DNA of 64,000 bases from Candidatus Micrarchaeota archaeon (GTDB lineage: Archaea; Micrarchaeota; Micrarchaeia; Anstonellales; Anstonellaceae): positions 116,479-180,478 of the forward strand of contig CAYMOY010000002.1 in the NCBI GenBank assembly GCA_964392435.1, written 5' to 3'. The notes below the pieces were generated by a model. It was not told the origin of the DNA and did not search any database. It saw only the letters and a program-made list of their open reading frames with translations. Made by a program: the position numbers and the translations under genes. Numbering within the stretch: the stretch's first letter is position 1; every line of letters begins with the position of its first letter. Shown one piece after another: positions 1 to 8,339 of the stretch.

Positions 1-1107
1 CTTGTCCTTAAGGTCGGAAGGCTCGCCGTTGTTCAGGACAGAGAGCACATCTGCGCACTCAAGGGCCGGGCCTATGCCCTTGCCAACAGGCTCGCTGCCA
101 TCAGTCAGCAGCACCTCTATTTTCATGGACAGGCGCTTGCCTATTGAGATGAAATCCCTGGCCAGGCTGTTTGCCTCCTTGGCATCCCCTATCTTGGCGC
201 CCCTGCCAATCGGTATGTCAATGATGACATACTGCGCGCCCACGCTTTTCTTTTTGGCAAGTATTGAGGCGAGCATCACCCCTTTCGGGTCAAGAGAAAG
301 CGGATTTCGCACCTTTATCAGCCGGTCATCGGCAGAAGCTAGCTGCAAGCCGCCTCCCCAAACCACGCAGCCGTGGGACTTGCGGACAATGCCCCGCAAT
401 TCATCTATCTCAACGGAAACATCGCAAAGGGTTTCCATTGTGTCAGCCGTACCTGCGGCTGATGTTATCGAGCGGCTGGATGTTTTTGGGATATAAAGCC
501 CGGCAGCTGCGATGATTGGCACCACCACCATGGTGGTCCGGTTGCCAGCCACGCCACCCACGCAGTGCTTGTCGCAGATTGGGAAACGCCCAAGGTTCAG
601 CGTCCTGCCGGTGCCAACCACACTATCAGTAAGCCCGACCACCTCGTCTTCGCTCATGCCCCTTATGTAAACAGAGGTGATGAACGATGCAAGCTCGGCT
701 TCAGACAGCCTGTTTTGCATCAATTCGCGCATGATGACATCGATTTCGCCGCGAGAAAGGGACCTCCCATCCATTTTCTTCTTGATAAACTCGATAGATG
801 CCGGGCGCTGCATGTGCAGTATTTCCACCGCCTCCCCTTCCATCGCCCCCAGGTCATCCGCCACTTCTGCGAAAAGACCCACTTCTCCCCTGCCCACCAG
901 GTCGGTGGAAATGTCTATTATGGCGATGGATTCCTTCCCCCCTTTGTGCAATATGACACGGTGCCCGGCATACAAGTCGTTCTCATGCGCCTCTGTTTCA
1001 TTGAGAACCACTATCTTTCCGCCCGCAGTAAGGTCAAAGCATTTTGCCTTGCAGATGTATTTTTTGTACTTCCAGACCGCGTCTTTGAGGGGAAGGGCGC
1101 TTGGCAT
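1..1107 (-). CDS. AMP phosphorylase / thymidine-phosphorylase family (partial; C-terminus beyond window start)
   Basis: Manual minus-strand translation from ATG at 1107: MPSALPLKDAVWKYKK...DKHCVGGVAGNRTT...KTSSRSITSAAGTADTMETL...GPALECADVL. Matches archaeal AMP phosphorylase (DeoA-like) over ~370 aa. No stop inside window, so absent from ORF track. Plus-strand ORFs 2..496, 565..1119, 677..1258 are antisense shadows. Confidence 0.75.
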   Translation of the reverse strand, partial: MPSALPLKDAVWKYKKYICKAKCFDLTAGGKIVVLNETEAHENDLYAGHRVILHKGGKESIAIIDISTDLVGRGEVGLFAEVADDLGAMEGEAVEILHMQRPASIEFIKKKMDGRSLSRGEIDVIMRELMQNRLSEAELASFITSVYIRGMSEDEVVGLTDSVVGTGRTLNLGRFPICDKHCVGGVAGNRTTMVVVPIIAAAGLYIPKTSSRSITSAAGTADTMETLCDVSVEIDELRGIVRKSHGCVVWGGGLQLASADDRLIKVRNPLSLDPKGVMLASILAKKKSVGAQYVIIDIPIGRGAKIGDAKEANSLARDFISIGKRLSMKIEVLLTDGSEPVGKGIGPALECADVLSVLNNGEPSDLKDK

Positions 1108-1402
1108 GTCCCATGCTAATCTTGTGAAATTTAAAAAGAGTGGCTCTTGCCCCAATTATCTGGCAAGCGAGGCTTGCGCTATTCAAAATCAATTGTGTCA
1201 GCAGCAATGCGCCTTCCCGCGGAGACCGCAGTACAAACAACATCGTGAGGGGGCTTAACTTCCGAGTTCGGAATGGGTTCGGGTGTTTCCCCCCTCCTAT
1301 GACCGCTGACGGCTCTCAATGTGGGGGCAAGCCTTTTTAACCATTTCTGCGCAGATTGAATGCTACTTATCCATAAACTACAACATATACGGATGAGATT
1401 CC

Positions 1403-3043
1403 ATGCTGCAAAAGACATCTGCCAACCCGGGTGCTGCGCCTGCAACTAGCCGGACAGAAGCTCAGCCGAAAAACAGAAGCCTTTTTTTCTTCAGGCAGCT
1501 TGCTGGAGACAAGGCGGCCTTGCATGGCGCAAGTGCGGATTATGGCTACAGAAAACAGATGGGGGGCAGGGCAAAAAATTTCCTGTTCCTCCTTTTCAAG
1601 GAAGACAATTTTGATGCTGCGCAGGAGGCTTGCCGCAGGCTGATTGATGCTTCAAGGGAGAGCGAATATGTTGCGGCTGTCGAATTTGTTGATGAAAGCT
1701 TCAACAAATACCAGGCGGGCCGGGGGCTTCCACAAGGCAAGAGGGCAAAGGAGCGCCTTTTGCCTGACATCGGGCTCCTAGCATTAATGCACATGACAGA
1801 AAGGAACATTGCAAACGGAGCAAAGACAAAGGCGTTGGTAAGGAATTTCGAGTGGGTGATCAGCCGCGCAATGGGAATTGGAAGGGCTTCTGGGAACATC
1901 GCGCTGAAGTGGATGGAACGCATGGCTGGTTCAAGCCCCACTGATGCGATGCTTGAGGCTCTGCGCAGAGCTGCAGGCATACTGGAGAGTTATTTTTCAC
2001 AAAAACTTTACCTGGCAGCAGGCCAGGAGGATATCAAAAGCGCCTGCTGGTATGCAAGAAAGGCAAATACTGTTGCAGGAAAGGTAGGCGAGGCACAATA
2101 CGGTGCCATGGCAGATAGGATAGATTCAGCCTGCGAAGCTTTTTGCGATTCGAGGCGCCTGAGGGAAATAGGGCTGGAGCCGGATGAGGCGAGGGGCATA
2201 TTCGAAAACGAGATACCCGAGCTTAGGTTTTATTCCAAGAACCATATTTATTTCGCAAACATGAGACATGAGATAGATCTGGCCATGATGCAGGGAAACT
2301 ATACATTGGCACTGCATCTTTCAGATGAGGCTTTGAACAAGGCGGAGCTGATTGGAAGCGGTGCGCTGGCATATGAGTTCAGGATGGAGGCCCTGCATTG
2401 CAGGCTGCACGAGTGCCTGTTCAAGAAAGAAAGGAACGCTTTTTTTGGCGCTGCAAAAAAAATCCTGCCCGAAGGAATCGCCATGCGCCTGTTCAAGCCG
2501 GAAAATCTGCCGCAGGCAATAGAAGTGACCAAGGAGATTCTTTCCCTCGCAAGGAAAAACAATGCTCCGCTGCCGACATTTGTTCTGGAATGCTTTTTCA
2601 TCTTCGGGTATTCAAAAAACCGCGCAAGCAGCCTGCAGCCTGGCCAGGTGCGCAGAGCCGTGCTTCGGGCCATACCGGATTTCCCATCCAACCACAAGGC
2701 CGAGATGGAAAGGCTGGAAATTGAATGCCGACAAAAGCTGGATGCGGTGCTGATGAATGGCGACAGGGGCGGGCTTGCGGGGCCTGTGGGAATTGCGACA
2801 AAAATGATCGAGCTTTCTTATTTGTCGCCAACGCAGGTTTACGCAGCCAAGCGGCGCGCTGTCCGCACCCTGTTTGACAATTTTGCGGCAAGCTATGGGA
2901 AGCTCCATGGGGAGAAGGCTGCGAAAGATGACAATTACGTTTTGCAGAAAGTGCGCGAGGCGCTATCGAGCAATGTGCCCGACCTGTTTTTTGCCCAGCC
3001 CGATTTGGAAGCGGATGACGCGCCAGTTCAAGCAACCATTTAA
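1403..3043 (+). CDS. hypothetical alpha-helical protein (546 aa)
   Basis: Long uninterrupted ORF immediately upstream of and co-directional with the GT4 gene. No recognisable motif. Confidence 0.4.
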   Translation: MLQKTSANPGAAPATSRTEAQPKNRSLFFFRQLAGDKAALHGASADYGYRKQMGGRAKNFLFLLFKEDNFDAAQEACRRLIDASRESEYVAAVEFVDESFNKYQAGRGLPQGKRAKERLLPDIGLLALMHMTERNIANGAKTKALVRNFEWVISRAMGIGRASGNIALKWMERMAGSSPTDAMLEALRRAAGILESYFSQKLYLAAGQEDIKSACWYARKANTVAGKVGEAQYGAMADRIDSACEAFCDSRRLREIGLEPDEARGIFENEIPELRFYSKNHIYFANMRHEIDLAMMQGNYTLALHLSDEALNKAELIGSGALAYEFRMEALHCRLHECLFKKERNAFFGAAKKILPEGIAMRLFKPENLPQAIEVTKEILSLARKNNAPLPTFVLECFFIFGYSKNRASSLQPGQVRRAVLRAIPDFPSNHKAEMERLEIECRQKLDAVLMNGDRGGLAGPVGIATKMIELSYLSPTQVYAAKRRAVRTLFDNFAASYGKLHGEKAAKDDNYVLQKVREALSSNVPDLFFAQPDLEADDAPVQATI

Positions 3044-3069
3044 AACCCAGCCAGCCGAATTTTGAAGCA

Positions 3070-4188
3070 ATGAACATAGCGCTTTTCACAGACAGCTACC
3101 TGCCCACGCGGGACGGGGTGGTCTCTTCAATACTTGCATATAGGCAGGGGCTTGCCGCAAGCAATCACAGGATGCTGATTTTCGCCCCGGATTTGGAAGG
3201 CGCCAAAAAGGAGCCCGGCGTATTCAGGTATGCCTCGGTAAAATTCCCCCCTTATCCAGAGTATCAGGCAGCCATTTTCCCGCATGTCTCCTCCTCGCTT
3301 GCGAAAAAGATGGACATAAGGCTGGTGCATTGCAAGGCAATGACCACCATGGGGCTGTCGGCAGCCTGGTTCACCCGCAGAGCCGGCCTGCCTTCAATAG
3401 CCTCGCTGGAAACGATGATACCGGACGGGGTGCATTACATATTGCCAATAAGGCAGGCGCAAGGCATCGGAAAAGCAGCAGCTTGGGCTTACCTGCGCTT
3501 CTTGTACTCGAATTTCAACCTGGTCACCGCCCCTTCGCGACACATCCAGAAGCTGCTTGCCGAACACAGGGTGGAATCCGAACTTTTGCCCTCGCCTGTA
3601 GATACCGAACGGTTCAGGCCCATGCGCGGGGCAGATGAAGTTAAGAGGAAATTGGGGCTTCGGGGGAAAAAAGTGGTGCTTTCGGTTGGCAGGCTGGTTA
3701 GGGAGAAAAATTACTCTTTCCTGCTCCGGGTTGCCAAGAAGATGGAGGGACAGAACACTGTTTTCTTGCTGGTTGGCAAAGGGCCGTATCTTGAAGATTT
3801 GCGCAGGGAAGTGGCTTGCTCAGGACTTTCAGATGTGGTGCGCTTTGCCGGCTTTGTGCAAGACGAGGACATTGTAAGCCATTACAACGCGGCGGACGCG
3901 TTTTTCTTCCCCTCGCACTTTGAAACGCAGGGGCTCACGCTGCTTGAGGCTTTTGCCTGCGGCAAGCCAGCCTGTGTGCCTGAGGGCACGCCGATGTCGG
4001 AGAACATACGCGAGGGCAGGAATGGCTATACGTTTAGCGAGGATGACGGGGAATGCGCTGAAAAGCTGGCAAGATGCCTGCAAAGCAAGCGGAGCATGGC
4101 TGGGGCAGCCAGGGAAAGCGCGCTTGAATATTCCATACAAAAATGCACTGCCAGGCTTCTTGGGGTTTATCGGAGGGTCCTGGAGTGA
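3070..4188 (+). CDS. GT4-family glycosyltransferase
   Basis: N-terminal MNIALFTDSYLPTRDGV; C-terminal FFFPSHFETQGLTLLEAFACGKPACVPEG (E-x7-E GT4 signature). Confidence 0.7.
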   Translation: MNIALFTDSYLPTRDGVVSSILAYRQGLAASNHRMLIFAPDLEGAKKEPGVFRYASVKFPPYPEYQAAIFPHVSSSLAKKMDIRLVHCKAMTTMGLSAAWFTRRAGLPSIASLETMIPDGVHYILPIRQAQGIGKAAAWAYLRFLYSNFNLVTAPSRHIQKLLAEHRVESELLPSPVDTERFRPMRGADEVKRKLGLRGKKVVLSVGRLVREKNYSFLLRVAKKMEGQNTVFLLVGKGPYLEDLRREVACSGLSDVVRFAGFVQDEDIVSHYNAADAFFFPSHFETQGLTLLEAFACGKPACVPEGTPMSENIREGRNGYTFSEDDGECAEKLARCLQSKRSMAGAARESALEYSIQKCTARLLGVYRRVLE

Positions 4189-4293
4189 CCCGGTCAGCCA
4201 GGCGGGCATTTGCCGCCCGGGCAAGGCACCGTTTATGTCGTGGGGCGAACAAAACCTTATAAGCATGGCAAGCGAATGTAGGAAAGCCGGTGA

Positions 4294-5109
4294 GTGCTAA
4301 TGATAGACTACAAGTATTTCGCATATGGGGCGGCAGCGCTTGGAGTGCTGGGCGCAATCGGCTCTTTTGTCAGCGGGGGCAACGCCATCTTCGGCTTCAT
4401 ATTCGGGCTGATGTGCCTCATAGGCTCAATCGGGGCAATCGCGTTTTACAAGTACGGCTACATACTGGTTCCGATGCTGACCCAGAGGGGCAATATCGTG
4501 CAAATCATGGAGGGCGGCTATGAAATACCCCCTTCCAACGACGTGGTGATAAAGAATGTTGGGGGGGCGTACTACGCCAGCAAATACCTCGGGGTGCGCG
4601 TTTACGAGTCTGCATCCGAGAAAACGGTTGAGGAAAACATGGTTTATTCGGAATATTTCGAGCGCGCAATTTCAGGAGTGAAATACGTGACCAAGTTCGC
4701 GATAATGGTCTATATGAAGGATATAAGCGACCACAGGAGCAGAATAGAGACCAAGCATGCCGAAGCACAGCTGCGCCTTGCGCGAGAGAGGGACAAGCCG
4801 GACCCAGATGTGCTCAAAATGGACCGGTACGAGAAAGAAGTTGCCATGTGGGAAAACCAGATAAACAAGCTGACGCGGGGCATCAAGCCCATGGGATTGG
4901 TCTCGTATGTAATGACCACGGCTGTCGGAGTGAGCAAGGAGGCGGCAACCGCGGCTGCCTCTGCGCAGGCAAACGAGCTGAAGGCAACTGTTGCAAATGC
5001 GCTGAATGTGCAGGTTGAAATCCTGTCAGGAGACGAAATGCTGCGCTGCTTCCAGTGGGAGGTCATGATCCCTCCGACTCCGCAGGAGCTGGAGCAGGCT
5101 GTCCTTTAA
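4294..5109 (+). CDS. membrane protein: two N-terminal TM helices plus ~190-aa soluble domain; first gene of the ATPase operon
   Basis: Hydrophobic segments AAALGVLGAIGSFV and IFGFIFGLMCLIGSIGAIAF. 82-nt gap to the ATPase gene. Confidence 0.5.
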   Translation: MLMIDYKYFAYGAAALGVLGAIGSFVSGGNAIFGFIFGLMCLIGSIGAIAFYKYGYILVPMLTQRGNIVQIMEGGYEIPPSNDVVIKNVGGAYYASKYLGVRVYESASEKTVEENMVYSEYFERAISGVKYVTKFAIMVYMKDISDHRSRIETKHAEAQLRLARERDKPDPDVLKMDRYEKEVAMWENQINKLTRGIKPMGLVSYVMTTAVGVSKEAATAAASAQANELKATVANALNVQVEILSGDEMLRCFQWEVMIPPTPQELEQAVL

Positions 5110-5191
5110 GGCTGCCTTGCGCCAAAAAAAGAGCCGGCAGGCGCAGATTGTGCGCAGGATTGTGGATTGCCCTTTGGAATGGTGTTGAGAA

Positions 5192-6811
5192 ATGGGAAGG
5201 CTGACGCTGTCGGAACTTGACAATGTGGATGTGGCGCGGCGCAACATATTCGTCAGGCCCCCTGAGCCGCCTGAAGAGGCGCTGATGGCGGATCCGACCA
5301 ATGCGATTTACATAGGCAGAACCAAGATATTCCATGTGCCTTTCTACTGGACTTTCCAGAAAACAACCAACCCGCACATCTGCGTGGTGGGAATCACAGG
5401 CTCAGGAAAATCCTATTTTGTCAAGACCTTCCTCACCCGCGCATCGTTTGTCTGGGGCACCAACGCGTTCATCATAGACTGGGCAGGGGAATACAAGGAT
5501 TGGGTGAAGCAGACCGGCGGCAAGGTAATCTCGCTTGGCCGCGGCTCGGCAATCAATCTGCTGGACACGGCGGGCATGAAGCCCAACGACCGCGTCAAGC
5601 AGGTGATGAGGACATTGGATGTGCTTACTGATATCGGCAGGTACCCCGAGCAGAAGAGGCTGACCGAGCTTGCGATAGAAAAGGCCTATGTTAACAGTAA
5701 ATTCAAGCTTGACTCCAAGCTGCAGGTTGATGGGCTTGGAAGGCAGCTTAAGCCCCCAACCCTCAAAGACGTGCAAAAGGTGCTGGAGGACATGAGCGAG
5801 GCGGGCTCTTACGAATTTCCCGCGGAGCTTGAAAACGCGATATACCGCATACGCCAATTCACGCGCGAAGGGGAGGATTTCTTCGCGCAGCAGTCCACAA
5901 TCGATTTGGAAAAATTGACCAAGGCTGGCTTGGTTGACCTGGACCTCTCCGGATTGCCAGATGAGACTTTCAGGGGGCTTGCCGCGCTTTCCATGCTGCA
6001 ATTCATAAAGGAAAAGATGCGCGAGGAGGGCTGGTCATCGACAAAAGGCCTCAAGCTTTTGGTGGTTTTGGACGAGGCGTGGAAGGTCGCCAAGGACGAC
6101 AATTCCGACGCAGTGATGATTGTGAGGGAGGGGCGTAAGTACCAGTTCGGGCTGATTGTCGCCTCTCAAAACCCGACAGACATATCCGAGGCGATATTCT
6201 CGAATGTGGGAACCACGTTCATACTTCGCGTCAAGTTCGAGCGTTTCCTAGATTATCTGCAGTCCACCCTGAATTTTTCGGACTACATGCGCGAGGGCAT
6301 TGCCAAGCTGGGGGTGGGGCAGGCGGCAGTCAACATGGCATTCCAGGCAACTGCCGATTACTCGGAAACCTTCCTAATTGAGAAGATAGAGGGGGAAGAG
6401 CCGATGCAGGAGTTCTTTTTGGACCTTGATTCGGTGCTTTCCCAGGAAGAGATGGCGATGGAAGGCGCGGTCCGCTCATTGTCGTTTGAAAAAGACGAAC
6501 TGAAAAAGAAGATGCGGGAGTTTGGGATGGGGGAGGAGCAGGGGGATGAAATTGTGGCGCTTTTCTCCAAAAAGGGCAGGCGATTGGGGATATCTTCGTT
6601 TGTGGTGCTGCTGCAGAGATATGGGATAGCGAGGAACAACATCGGCGGTTTTCTCAAGGAACTGGGCTTGGAGGACACCACCTTAGTTACTGTGCTCTCA
6701 AGCGCGGACGAGCTTTCAATAAAGCTTGGCGACCAGGACATAACCGAATACATTGTGAGCGAAGGCGAGCCAGAAACGCAGCCCCGCTCGCAAAGGCCCA
6801 GGGGAAGATGA
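5192..6811 (+). CDS. FtsK/HerA/VirB4-superfamily P-loop ATPase (VirB4/CedB-like, DUF87-type)
   Basis: Walker A VVGITGSGKSYFVKTF; Walker B LLVVLDEAWKV; downstream ASQNPTDISEAIFSNVGTTFILR resembling the VirB4/HerA Q/TQ...IFL motif. C-terminal ~80-aa domain repeated in next gene. Confidence 0.7.
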   Translation: MGRLTLSELDNVDVARRNIFVRPPEPPEEALMADPTNAIYIGRTKIFHVPFYWTFQKTTNPHICVVGITGSGKSYFVKTFLTRASFVWGTNAFIIDWAGEYKDWVKQTGGKVISLGRGSAINLLDTAGMKPNDRVKQVMRTLDVLTDIGRYPEQKRLTELAIEKAYVNSKFKLDSKLQVDGLGRQLKPPTLKDVQKVLEDMSEAGSYEFPAELENAIYRIRQFTREGEDFFAQQSTIDLEKLTKAGLVDLDLSGLPDETFRGLAALSMLQFIKEKMREEGWSSTKGLKLLVVLDEAWKVAKDDNSDAVMIVREGRKYQFGLIVASQNPTDISEAIFSNVGTTFILRVKFERFLDYLQSTLNFSDYMREGIAKLGVGQAAVNMAFQATADYSETFLIEKIEGEEPMQEFFLDLDSVLSQEEMAMEGAVRSLSFEKDELKKKMREFGMGEEQGDEIVALFSKKGRRLGISSFVVLLQRYGIARNNIGGFLKELGLEDTTLVTVLSSADELSIKLGDQDITEYIVSEGEPETQPRSQRPRGR

Positions 6812-6812
6812 A

Positions 6813-7109
6813 ATGGCGAAAACACTGTTCTTCTCAAAGGAGGAATTGGGCCGGAAGCTGCGCACTTTCGGCCTTGAGGAACTCCGGGTCGCAGACATAA
6901 CCACCGTGTTTGACCGGAACAACCACCACATAGACGTGGTCTCGTTCGTGATAATGCTGGAAAGATACGGGGTGCAGCGGCCCGATATTTCCTCCTTCCT
7001 CCACGACATAGGGGTGGACGAATCCACATTGATAAATATTTTTTCCAAGGCGGACTTCACCCGGATTGGAATGGGAAACCGCGAGATAACGCAGGTAGTG
7101 TTGGCTTAG
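6813..7109 (+). CDS. small protein homologous to the C-terminal domain of the preceding ATPase
   Basis: SFVIMLERYGVQRPDISSFLHDIGVDESTLINIFSKAD aligns with SFVVLLQRYGIARNNIGGFLKELGLEDTTLVTVLSSAD in the ATPase C-terminus (~35% identity). Start abuts ATPase stop. Confidence 0.5.
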   Translation: MAKTLFFSKEELGRKLRTFGLEELRVADITTVFDRNNHHIDVVSFVIMLERYGVQRPDISSFLHDIGVDESTLINIFSKADFTRIGMGNREITQVVLA

Positions 7110-7121
7110 GGAGATTTAGGG

Positions 7122-7532
7122 GTGTGTTTGATGGCAACCGTGTGCATAATATGCGAAAAGGAAACTGGCGGAAGGCGCGTGATGGACGACTTTGTCATAA
7201 GGGCCATAAGAAAAGTCAAGTCCGCCCTCAGGATTGCCAAGAACAACACCTTGGTGGTCTGCCCAGGATGCATTGAGACTTATGCCTCCAAGCGCACAAA
7301 ATACGAGCGCGACCTGGTGATGCACGCGATAGTGGGCGGTATGGTGCTTCTGCTTTTCGCGCTGCTGCCTATTTTCACAACCGGATTTTCGCTTTTGCCC
7401 ATATTGCTCGGGCTGATGCTCTTCGCGCTCATAATGGCACTGTCCGTTTTCTCGCACTGCCCCAAGTTGGAGGAGAAGCGGCAGGCCGATGAACCCGCGA
7501 GGAAAAATGCTAAGAAAGTGAAGAAAAAATGA
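7122..7532 (+). CDS. zinc-ribbon (CxxC...CxxC) protein with two TM helices
   Basis: CIICEKE...CPGCIE then hydrophobic GGMVLLLFALLPIF and LLPILLGLMLFALIMALSVF; Lys-rich C-terminus. Probable ATG at 7131. Confidence 0.45.
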   Translation: MCLMATVCIICEKETGGRRVMDDFVIRAIRKVKSALRIAKNNTLVVCPGCIETYASKRTKYERDLVMHAIVGGMVLLLFALLPIFTTGFSLLPILLGLMLFALIMALSVFSHCPKLEEKRQADEPARKNAKKVKKK

Positions 7533-7536
7533 TTGA

Positions 7537-8319
7537 GTGGTGTTTACCTTGGCAGACCAAAATCAGGCAAACTTTCCAGACGGCAGGGCAAAGCCCCAAG
7601 CTGCGCTTTCCAGCGAGCCCAAAGTGGGCGGATTTAGGCTGCAGGCAAAGAGGCTGAAAAGCCCGTCTGAGATATCCCAAAGGCTCTCCGAGCTTTCCTT
7701 CCTGGAAATGAGCATGGACAAAGACGTGCTTACCGCGCTTAATGTCGAATCGCGGGACATCCAGAAGAACCCTTACTTGTTTTCCATAATATATTTCAGG
7801 CCGACCATGGTGGAGGCGCTTTACTCCTGCCTTCCGAACATGAGCCCGAAAAAGAGGAGGATAGACGTGCTGAAGCACTGCCTGAACCTGATGACATTGG
7901 CGGAAGACTGCTATGATGTTGAAACCCGCCAAATATACCAGCTGGTCGAGGCTTCGGTGGCGGACATGACAGAGTATGTTTCTGCCGATTATGACCGACT
8001 CTTTGCGCTTTATGACAACCTCAAGACGGACTTTGCTGCGTTGCAGAAGAAATACAACGAAGCAAAGGATGCCAGCGGCTCGCTTTCCAAGGAGAACTAC
8101 GACCTGAAAAGCAAAAACGACGAGCTTACGCTGAGGCTCAAGTCGCTTGAGACCTTCTCGGACACGGTGCTTGCGCTCAAGATACAGGAATGGCTTTCCG
8201 AGCACAAGGGGGAGATAAACATCTCTGACTTTGCCAAGGTTTACAACGTGCCCGAGATGCGGGTGGAGCAAATGCTCAACAAGCTGGTGACCGAGGGTTA
8301 CCTTGAGACCAAGGGCTAG
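7537..8319 (+). CDS. coiled-coil protein with C-terminal winged-helix-like domain
   Basis: GTG start 4 nt after upstream stop (first ATG at 7708). Heptad-rich middle (LKTDFAALQKKYNEAKDASGSLSKENYDLKSKNDELTLRLKSLE); C-terminal DFAKVYNVPEMRVEQMLNKLVTEGYLETKG resembles a wHTH. Confidence 0.4.
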   Translation: MVFTLADQNQANFPDGRAKPQAALSSEPKVGGFRLQAKRLKSPSEISQRLSELSFLEMSMDKDVLTALNVESRDIQKNPYLFSIIYFRPTMVEALYSCLPNMSPKKRRIDVLKHCLNLMTLAEDCYDVETRQIYQLVEASVADMTEYVSADYDRLFALYDNLKTDFAALQKKYNEAKDASGSLSKENYDLKSKNDELTLRLKSLETFSDTVLALKIQEWLSEHKGEINISDFAKVYNVPEMRVEQMLNKLVTEGYLETKG

Positions 8320-8339
8320 CGCCCCTGCCGCGTGTTTGC

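Noticed and set aside
2-1258. Plus-strand ORFs 2..496, 264..515, 565..1119, 677..1258 and minus 1034..1243
   Set aside because: Low-complexity Ser/Pro/Ala/Arg-rich translations lying antisense to a well-conserved AMP phosphorylase frame; typical high-GC shadow ORFs.
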